Below, piece by piece: positions 32,652-39,112 of a stretch of 39,112 bases of DNA; within the stretch, counting starts at the first letter, position 1, and the number at the start of each line of letters is the position of its first letter. Source of the DNA: a virus; IMG/VR virus record IMGVR_UViG_3300023212_000488, positions 1-39,112 of that record; one strand, given 5' to 3'. The notes beneath the pieces are model-generated. The model was not told the origin of the DNA, made no database searches, and saw nothing but the letters and a program-made list of their open reading frames with translations. A program made the translations under genes and the position numbers.

Positions 32652-34772
32652 TTATGCTGCACCGACAACATTTTGCGAAGGCTGTGTTGCCATCAGTTGT
32701 GCCATAAAACGTTTAGAAAATTCATTCTTTTCAGTGTCAGTTCTAGCCTCTTTTTCCATTTCTTCTTCATCATATTTAATGGATTCAAGTTGATTTGCTC
32801 TTAAGAATGTTTCTACTTCACCAAATTTCTGAATAGCTTCTAACATCTTTGAAAGGGCATCCATTTTTTCGCGTGTAGATATCGCATGGTTCTTAGATAT
32901 CTCAGAAATCCTTTCTTCAAATAGTCCAACATTAGATGCTGATCTAGAATCACGCTCACGAGCTTGTGAAAGCAGGTTATGGATTTTAGCCATGAGTTCT
33001 TTTAGCTTCATCTCTTCAACAGTATGCTGTAAGTTTTGCATTTCAGCTTGAGATGCTTGCATTTGCTGCTCTTGCTGCTGTAAGAATTGGATAACTTCAG
33101 CTTTGCCAGTGATATTAAGCTTTGGAATGATCATTGAAGCAGGAAAGACTTCTCGTCCAAAACGTTCATTCATCTCAAACATCTGTTGAGCTTGTAAATT
33201 TTGTTGGGTTGGCGTTAAGTCGCTCTCTTCAACGATCACTTGGTATTTGGAATATATCTTACTGTAGAAATATGGTGATGGCTCTTCACCTATATATAAA
33301 GCCACTTTTTCTGCATTCCAATTATTCTGTATAATCTTCATCATGCGATCACCAAGGAGCTTATCTGAAAAATCCCATTGATCGAAGTATTTCTGGAATA
33401 CCATTAAGTTTGCAGCTTGTTTGATCATAGCAGTAAGTGCAGAAATCTGCTTGTCCTGCTGTCCAGACCAGTTTTCTAGATTAATTCCAGATGTACTATA
33501 GATAAGATCAGCCATTTGATTGGCTAGCTCAAGATCTGATTGTGGAACAGCTGAAGGGATGATTTTTTCAACATCACCCATCTCATAACCTTCGTTAATG
33601 ATGACATCCCAACCCTGACCTGATTTCTTTAAGTTGTCTTCATTAGCAACAGCACCAACTTTACGCTTCCAGCCAGCATTAATAGTGGCGGCGGCAATAT
33701 CATTATTAGTGATGATCTTGTAATTGTAGAGGAACTGTGGATCACGCATAGTGCGTACAAGGCTGCGTACACGTAGATCGAAATAGTTGATATGAGGCTC
33801 ATAATTCCAAAAATATGGGATAAAAGGACAGTCGTCGAAACCAAGTGGATTGTCTCCTTGAAACATGAGTTGATCATTCAAAATGGTAGCAAGCTTCCAG
33901 GTTGGAACTTCTACTGTTACTGCTTCCAAATCTGGAATGTTGTAAAGAATAGCTTCTAGGTTTTCATCTCCACCTGAAAAGTCAAAGAACTGGTTTCTTG
34001 ACCGGCTATAAAGTCTCTTTTTCTTCCTTTTCCATTTATACCAAACATAACTAAGAACCATAAGATCATTGCGAGCCATGTTATAATTTTCAGGTAAGAA
34101 ATAGAATGAGCCATAACGTTGTGGGGTTCCTGCCATTGGGCGAATTTGTTCTAGTTTATCAGGAAAGCGAGATTCTGCCTCTTTTTTACTGATGTATTCT
34201 TGGCACCAGATGAATTGAGCGTCACTCATATCAGGTGATCTAAAATAAGGGTCGACTAAGAAGCTATTATATTCCCAAATTTTCAGCTTTAATTCGCCTT
34301 GGGCTGCATCATCGCTGCTATAGTCAAGATAAGGCTGCGCCAAACACATTCCTGCGACTGCTGCCAATTCTTTTGCTTTGGATTTCTGTTCATGGATACA
34401 TCCACCATTAGCGACATGTGTTATTAACTTAGTGAATTGATCTGCGGTTTGAGGATCGGCTCCTTCAGTCGGAACATAAGAGAAGTTCTTTCTATGTTGA
34501 CGCTCATAACCTGTGATCATATTCACAGGTTGCTGAATCAAATTGAAATAATATTGCTGATAACTTGTTGTGGGAGAGAAGTTAAAATATCTGTTAACGA
34601 ACGTTTGAGAGCCAGCATAAAATAAAGTGTCAATATTCGATTGATTCCAGCGGCTTTGTTCGATGGGCTGAAATTTCGAGTAAAGATTATCTAGCCATTG
34701 TCTAACGTTACCTTGATTTGGTTCTAATGCGTTATTCCAAGGGGGATAGTAGAAAGAAATATATGCCTCCAA
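32652..34772 (-). CDS. portal protein (inferred) with C-terminal coiled-coil extension
   Basis: The 706-aa gene is the first large gene after terL. It has a long helical Gln/Glu-rich C-terminus. The start is unusual: either a TTG without SD or an ATT 5 nt after GGAGG. Confidence 0.65.
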   Translation of the reverse strand: MEAYISFYYPPWNNALEPNQGNVRQWLDNLYSKFQPIEQSRWNQSNIDTLFYAGSQTFVNRYFNFSPTTSYQQYYFNLIQQPVNMITGYERQHRKNFSYVPTEGADPQTADQFTKLITHVANGGCIHEQKSKAKELAAVAGMCLAQPYLDYSSDDAAQGELKLKIWEYNSFLVDPYFRSPDMSDAQFIWCQEYISKKEAESRFPDKLEQIRPMAGTPQRYGSFYFLPENYNMARNDLMVLSYVWYKWKRKKKRLYSRSRNQFFDFSGGDENLEAILYNIPDLEAVTVEVPTWKLATILNDQLMFQGDNPLGFDDCPFIPYFWNYEPHINYFDLRVRSLVRTMRDPQFLYNYKIITNNDIAAATINAGWKRKVGAVANEDNLKKSGQGWDVIINEGYEMGDVEKIIPSAVPQSDLELANQMADLIYSTSGINLENWSGQQDKQISALTAMIKQAANLMVFQKYFDQWDFSDKLLGDRMMKIIQNNWNAEKVALYIGEEPSPYFYSKIYSKYQVIVEESDLTPTQQNLQAQQMFEMNERFGREVFPASMIIPKLNITGKAEVIQFLQQQEQQMQASQAEMQNLQHTVEEMKLKELMAKIHNLLSQARERDSRSASNVGLFEERISEISKNHAISTREKMDALSKMLEAIQKFGEVETFLRANQLESIKYDEEEMEKEARTDTEKNEFSKRFMAQLMATQPSQNVVGAA

Positions 34773-34812
34773 GAAAAGAGTTTGCTAATCCCAGAAACAT
34801 ATACTAAATTTT

Positions 34813-35034
34813 TTATTGATGCAAGGGGTTCCTTACTTCGATTTTCTGCCAAGTTTTGATGAACTCTTCGATATATTGGATTTGATCAAGACGATTAGGA
34901 CTGTGTAACCAAGCTAAATGAACAGCAGTTAACGGAACACCAGCTTCAACACAAGCTCGACATTTTCTTAAGACATTAAGAATTTCTATTGCTATTGGTA
35001 AATATAGCTCATATTCTTCTTCATTATTTTCCAT
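34813..35034 (-). CDS. hypothetical protein between terL and portal
   Basis: ORF from the track. Confidence 0.45.
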   Translation of the reverse strand: MENNEEEYELYLPIAIEILNVLRKCRACVEAGVPLTAVHLAWLHSPNRLDQIQYIEEFIKTWQKIEVRNPLHQ

Positions 35035-35037
35035 CTT

Positions 35038-35247
35038 TTACCCCACTGGCCATTGTTCTTTGTAATTTTCAATACTCATCATGAGATCTTTTTCTAAATC
35101 CTCATAAATCTTCCCTGAAGCGGCATATGCATTTGCAATAACATATATCATTGCGTTAATTGCATCTGGAGGATCTATATTATTTTCACTTAACATGGAA
35201 TAGATTATATCAACAACTATTTGAATTTTCTCTTCACCCATGACCAA
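35038..35247 (-). CDS. hypothetical protein between terL and portal
   Basis: ORF from the track, overlapping the terL stop. Confidence 0.45.
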   Translation of the reverse strand: MVMGEEKIQIVVDIIYSMLSENNIDPPDAINAMIYVIANAYAASGKIYEDLEKDLMMSIENYKEQWPVG

Positions 35248-36505
35248 ACCTATTTCTCATATAATTTCCTGCATTATGCTTATACGGTTGATATGTAGCA
35301 ACTTTATGTGATGCTAACGCATATCTTAAAGCGTCAATGCAATGATCATTAGTTTTAATAGGTCTGTCTTCACCACGTTCTGCAGATTTTGGATCCCAAC
35401 TATATCCTTCAATTTCACGAATAAGATTTTTGCAACGATCTAAAATGATACATTTGCCATCACGGACTGCTGATGTCATCATCTGAATGCCATTTTCAAC
35501 ATCATTATTAGCATCGGATGTATGCATGCCGCGTCTATTTAATTCAGCTTTCATTGCAGCAGCGCTTGGATCAATATATATGCTTTTGACAGAATAAGGC
35601 TCTAAGAATTTTTCAATATCTTCAGCAAGCTCGCCTACAAGCTTCTGACGACCCTTTTGCTTGATATCCCAAAAATATTCATCTTCCACCCACATTTGTT
35701 TCCCAAGTTGGTTCTCAACACCCGTTGATACACCTATGAGAAGACATGCTGTTGGGTTAGACATACCAAAATCAATAGCAGCAATCCAATAATTTGCAGC
35801 TCGAGGAGGTTCTTTCTCAACATAAATAGTTTTATCCCAAAAATCAAAGATTGCGCCTTCAGCAAGACACCAAAGGCCAAGATAGTTTCGTTTATAAAAA
35901 AGCCCTGACAAGCTATTTGCAAGGGTTTGTTTGTAGTCAGATGGTAAATATGGATTATCATCGATCATGAACTGAAGAGAATAATAAGTCTTATCGCCAG
36001 CTTCCCCAAGATCGATAAGCTTTTTGATCTTATGTGTCGGCTGTTTTGGGTTCATGCTAGCAAAACCAATGCTGTAAGGGAGTCTAAGCCTTGTGAGTAT
36101 CATGTCGATAACATTATCAGGATATAAAGTCATTTCGTCGCAATAGGCAATAGATATAGTTTTCCCTTGTATACGACCAATGCTACCTTCATCTTTTGCT
36201 CCGATGATTGTGATGTTTTTGTCGTGATATTTAAGCTCATTTTTTCCAGGAAACCATGTGCAATAGGGCTTATAGATCTCAAATTGCGGTGTCTCGAAAA
36301 TAAGCCTGATACAGTTCTCATAGATAGTTGACGAACTATATCCAAACATGTAAATTTGGCTATCAGGGCACTCATAAGCGGCTTGAAGGAATCTAAAAAG
36401 TGTTGCCACAGTCTTGCCAGAGCTGACAGGACCGTGAGCAAAGTTCCAGCGAGCAGTGCTTCTGATGACAAATTCTAATTGTTTAGTAGAAAGTGGTGGA
36501 AGCAT
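35234..36505 (-). CDS. terL: terminase large subunit
   Basis: Walker A HGPVSSGKT sits near the N-terminus, with CDE (Walker B-like) further on. The C-terminal nuclease region contains IDPSAAA and NDHCIDALRYA. The product is 423 aa. Confidence 0.85.
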   Translation of the reverse strand: MLPPLSTKQLEFVIRSTARWNFAHGPVSSGKTVATLFRFLQAAYECPDSQIYMFGYSSSTIYENCIRLIFETPQFEIYKPYCTWFPGKNELKYHDKNITIIGAKDEGSIGRIQGKTISIAYCDEMTLYPDNVIDMILTRLRLPYSIGFASMNPKQPTHKIKKLIDLGEAGDKTYYSLQFMIDDNPYLPSDYKQTLANSLSGLFYKRNYLGLWCLAEGAIFDFWDKTIYVEKEPPRAANYWIAAIDFGMSNPTACLLIGVSTGVENQLGKQMWVEDEYFWDIKQKGRQKLVGELAEDIEKFLEPYSVKSIYIDPSAAAMKAELNRRGMHTSDANNDVENGIQMMTSAVRDGKCIILDRCKNLIREIEGYSWDPKSAERGEDRPIKTNDHCIDALRYALASHKVATYQPYKHNAGNYMRNRFGHG

Positions 36506-36612
36506 ATGCGTGGAAGCTTAAATAGGTCAAAAGAAGAGTTAGTTGAAGATCTAAAGTCATTAATCGATATTCTTGATGATTTGCCTCCACAAGCACTTAG
36601 AGAACCTGTTTC

Positions 36613-37044
36613 TCATATGGATTTATTGTCATCTTTAAGGCTTGTCTCAGCAATCTTTTGTGCAGATTGTAAAGAAAGTATTTGATTCATTAAAGCATTA
36701 AATTGCAGTAATGTGTTTTCTGTTGCTGCTTCTTGTGGAAGATCTTTTTGGCCTAAGTACTGTTTTCCAAGCCAAATAGCCATTGTAGCGTTTTTTTTTG
36801 CAATGACGCGTTGATCTCTCCTTAAAGAGCATTTTCCATTTTCAAGGAACTTTTTATAGACTACGGAAAAATCTTCTCCATAATATTCTACAGCTCTATC
36901 TCGAAGAGTATCGGCATTTATTTTAAGGAAACTTGCTATTTCAGATTGTGTACAATGAAGACCACAGAGACTTTCGAATTGATCCCAGTTAATGACTACT
37001 TTGGGACGGCCAGACTTTTTCTTTTCTGTTTCGACTATAGACAT
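36613..37044 (-). CDS. terS: terminase small subunit (HTH type)
   Basis: KKSGRPKVVINWDQFESLCGLHCTQSEIASFLKINADTLRD is a typical small-terminase N-terminal HTH. The gene lies immediately upstream of terL. Confidence 0.7.
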   Translation of the reverse strand: MSIVETEKKKSGRPKVVINWDQFESLCGLHCTQSEIASFLKINADTLRDRAVEYYGEDFSVVYKKFLENGKCSLRRDQRVIAKKNATMAIWLGKQYLGQKDLPQEAATENTLLQFNALMNQILSLQSAQKIAETSLKDDNKSI

Positions 37045-37060
37045 TCACTTATCTTTATAT

Positions 37061-37091
37061 AAAAAGAGCTATAGACTGTTACATCTATAGC
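37061..37091 (-). terminator. rho-independent terminator separating the par/early block from terS
   Basis: A perfect 8-bp stem pairs GCTATAGA with TCTATAGC. On the minus strand it is followed by TCTTTTT. Confidence 0.6.
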
Positions 37092-37150
37092 CCTAAACCA
37101 TAGGAGTTACACTTGGACTAGCTAATTGTATAAAAGATTTTTTAATCTTG

Positions 37151-37465
37151 TCAAGAAATATGGAGTTTTTCAGAGATCTTATGTGAAATAGTCTTTAAAA
37201 GTTCTTTTGCTTCGTCAGGAGATTCACACTCGAATAAAAAATTTGAATTTTCATTTCCACAATAGACAGAAGAATCAACAACCTTAAAATAGTCATATAT
37301 ATTTAAATCGGCTAAGCATCCTTTCCATTCAAGCCAAGTCCTTGGCAGAGGATATGTGGTTTTTTCTTCAGTTTTCCATCCAAAAGTATTCATTGTATTT
37401 TCCTTTTTTAAATGACATTTGCATTCTAATGCATGTTCACCGCAAACATGACATTCGCCGCTCAT
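37151..37465 (-). CDS. hypothetical protein with N-terminal Cys/His cluster (CHVCGEHALECKCH)
   Basis: ORF from the track. Confidence 0.5.
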   Translation of the reverse strand: MSGECHVCGEHALECKCHLKKENTMNTFGWKTEEKTTYPLPRTWLEWKGCLADLNIYDYFKVVDSSVYCGNENSNFLFECESPDEAKELLKTISHKISEKLHIS

Positions 37466-37468
37466 AAA

Positions 37469-37678
37469 TCAATTGTGATTATCAGTTTTTTTTATCACTT
37501 TGAAACCAATATGATCCGTTGATATTATGATGTCATCGCAGTATTTTATAGGCACTTTTTTAGAAAGCATATTCACCCTTTTTTTATTTAAAATAGGGGC
37601 TTTATAACCATCTTTTCTTGTTATAGAATCAGAAAAAGTCCTAACAGGAGCTTGACCATTGGAAATAATCGTTGTCAT
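37469..37678 (-). CDS. hypothetical protein
   Basis: ORF from the track. Confidence 0.45.
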   Translation of the reverse strand: MTTIISNGQAPVRTFSDSITRKDGYKAPILNKKRVNMLSKKVPIKYCDDIIISTDHIGFKVIKKTDNHN

Positions 37679-37692
37679 ATCACATTTCTTTT

Positions 37693-38112
37693 TTATATTG
37701 GTCCTTCTCTCAATATATGTTTCATAGGAACAATATCAGTAGATGCTTGTTGTCTATGCGTTGGAGATACAGGAGCAAATTGTGATGATGCCATTTTCAT
37801 GTGTATGGGAGCTCGTGAGCTATGACGTGCTTTTGGTGTCGGTAAATGACGTTTCTTATTGATATCATCACCCATATTAGCTGTATCTCTTCCTTCAAAT
37901 ACCACTTTGGCAACATTCATCGTTTCTACTGTTGTGTCAGGATCATCTAAAGTTAGAGTTAAATGCCCTTGGGGTTTTGGAGATGGTCCTGGAGATGTTC
38001 GTTTGGTTTGGGAATATTCTACAACCTTAGAAACAGATTGTCGTTTTGTAGCACTTGGGGGAAATTGTGTTATGGGTTCAACCTGAGTTGAATTACAACA
38101 AAAAAAAGGCAT
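37693..38112 (-). CDS. Pro/Ser/Thr-rich, probably disordered protein downstream of parG-like gene
   Basis: ORF from the track, starting MPFFCCNS. It has low complexity. Confidence 0.45.
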   Translation of the reverse strand: MPFFCCNSTQVEPITQFPPSATKRQSVSKVVEYSQTKRTSPGPSPKPQGHLTLTLDDPDTTVETMNVAKVVFEGRDTANMGDDINKKRHLPTPKARHSSRAPIHMKMASSQFAPVSPTHRQQASTDIVPMKHILREGPI

Positions 38113-38114
38113 AT

Positions 38115-38363
38115 TTACTCCTTATTATTTAATCTATTTTGTATGGCTTGCAAAATCCATAATGTGCGAGAACCCAATGTTACTCGTTCATCTATAGATT
38201 TTAGCATATTTATGGGAATTCTTAAGCGAATAAAAGTATGAGTATTTTCAGAAGAGGGAAGTGTGATGTCTTTATCTTCGATACAAAAAGCTCCCTTAGA
38301 GATCATCTTTTCAATTTCTTCTTCTGTGATAGTGCTTTCTTTGAGAGGTTTCCTAATGGACAT
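38115..38363 (-). CDS. ParG-like ribbon-helix-helix partition/centromere-binding protein
   Basis: The C-terminal FIRLRIPINMLKSIDERVTLGSRTLWILQAIQNRL fits an RHH fold. The gene lies directly downstream of parA. Confidence 0.55.
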   Translation of the reverse strand: MSIRKPLKESTITEEEIEKMISKGAFCIEDKDITLPSSENTHTFIRLRIPINMLKSIDERVTLGSRTLWILQAIQNRLNNKE

Positions 38364-38391
38364 ATATAAAATTTATATAAAGGTTATATAA
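38362..38391. promoter_or_regulatory. three (A/T)TATATAA palindromes at 11-bp phasing between parA and parG-like gene
   Basis: ATATATAA at 38362, TTATATAA at 38373 and TTATATAA at 38384. Confidence 0.4.
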
Positions 38392-38394
38392 CGA

Positions 38395-39048
38395 TTAGAT
38401 AAGAGTTGTACATTCATGATATATGAATTGGTACAAGCTCATCAATTCTTGGAGTGCTTTCTTGTCTGGATGTTTCACCTCAACAATTCCTAAACCATCG
38501 CTTGATGAGTTGCCAAAAGTCTTGCGATTGCCTATTGTAAATTTTAGACATTTGAACTCTTCGCATTCTTCCAAAATGCTAATAGCATCATCATTATCTG
38601 TTCCTTTCGGATCGGCTTGATTAATGAATGCAAAAGCTTTTAGCTTGGGATTGACTGTGCGCATTTCGTTGATGATTGTTTTTACATCACCAATAGTCCA
38701 CACATCATATGATCGTGGTTTGAATGGTATTAAATAGACATCAGCCACAGATAAAGCCGAACGCTGTGATGTTGTGTCTCTTCCTCCAGCATCAATGATG
38801 ATATCATCATAATCTCCTTTCATTCTTTCAATTTGGAATCTTATTGTTTTGCCAGCGAGTTGAATTGTTGACCATTTGGTAGCAATTCCTAAAACATCTC
38901 TTTGATTAGAGAAGACTGATGTTGATTTTTGTTCATCAGCGTCGATAAGCAAAACTTTTTTGTTTGCTCCTGATCTTAATACAGCGAGATTGGTAGCAAT
39001 CGTTGTTTTACCGCTGCCACCTTTAACGCCTCCGACAAGAAGGATCAT
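38395..39048 (-). CDS. parA: ParA/Soj-family partition ATPase (small, type Ib-like)
   Basis: MILLVGGVKGGSGKTTIATNLA is a deviant Walker A, followed by LLIDADEQ. The product is 217 aa and lacks an N-terminal HTH. Confidence 0.85.
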   Translation of the reverse strand: MILLVGGVKGGSGKTTIATNLAVLRSGANKKVLLIDADEQKSTSVFSNQRDVLGIATKWSTIQLAGKTIRFQIERMKGDYDDIIIDAGGRDTTSQRSALSVADVYLIPFKPRSYDVWTIGDVKTIINEMRTVNPKLKAFAFINQADPKGTDNDDAISILEECEEFKCLKFTIGNRKTFGNSSSDGLGIVEVKHPDKKALQELMSLYQFIYHECTTLI

Positions 39049-39050
39049 AT

Positions 39051-39112
39051 ATAAGACTTATGTACGGGTTGTGTAATGATTGTATAAGAGTTATATAACT
39101 GTTATATAATTT
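39051..39112. repeat. copy of bases 1-62 (circular-closure overlap)
   Basis: Identical to 1-62. Confidence 0.95.

Noticed and set aside
36130-36685. ORFs 36130-36471 (-) and 36479-36685 (+) around the terL start
   Set aside because: The first is an alternative frame inside terL. The second spans the terS-terL gap antisense to both genes, with no SD and no motif.
1-39112. Diversity-generating retroelement, retron, or defence system such as an R-M or Abi cassette
   Set aside because: No reverse transcriptase, DNA methylase/endonuclease pair or other recognisable defence enzyme appears among the ORFs. The repeated fibre sequences are tandem coding repeats, not a template/variable repeat pair.

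Overview
The window is one complete, circularly closed genome of about 39.05 kb (bases 1-62 are identical to 39051-39112). It is visibly AT-rich and belongs to a tailed phage that appears to persist as a plasmid (a phage-plasmid). Most genes are on the minus strand. A long late operon runs terS, terL, portal, scaffold, major capsid, a series of Thr/Ser/Asn/Gly-rich virion proteins including a 999-aa protein, Gly-rich internal proteins, a hyper-repetitive 818-aa tail fibre and a beta-helix tailspike. I recognised no sheath, tail tube or long tape measure, so I infer a podovirus-like architecture. The maintenance and early functions are: a small Walker-type ParA with an RHH ParG-like partner; a ParB-N-domain protein; a lambda-O-like replication initiator with iterons inside its own gene; two XRE/Cro-like HTH regulators; an ERF annealase with a YqaJ exonuclease; and a RusA-like resolvase. 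Plus-strand islands interrupt the late operon. One holds an SF2 helicase, an integrase reduced to its N-terminal DNA-binding half, and tRNA-Asn. Another holds an RHH regulator, a membrane protein and a DUF29 protein. A third holds four small ORFs. A moron cluster carries three very small Lys/His-rich proteins (two below the 60-aa ORF cutoff) and two divergent lipoprotein genes, one of them an FkbM-type methyltransferase. The observations most worth follow-up are the plasmid-lifestyle gene combination with a catalytically headless integrase next to a full tRNA, the intragenic ori with G7/G8 tracts, a promoter-driven 24-aa hydrophobic peptide plus GC-rich island upstream of parA, a structured terminator-ended RNA candidate upstream of the rep operon, and phased TTATATAA palindromes around parA. 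All functional calls rest on motif recognition by eye and on gene order; no database search was possible.
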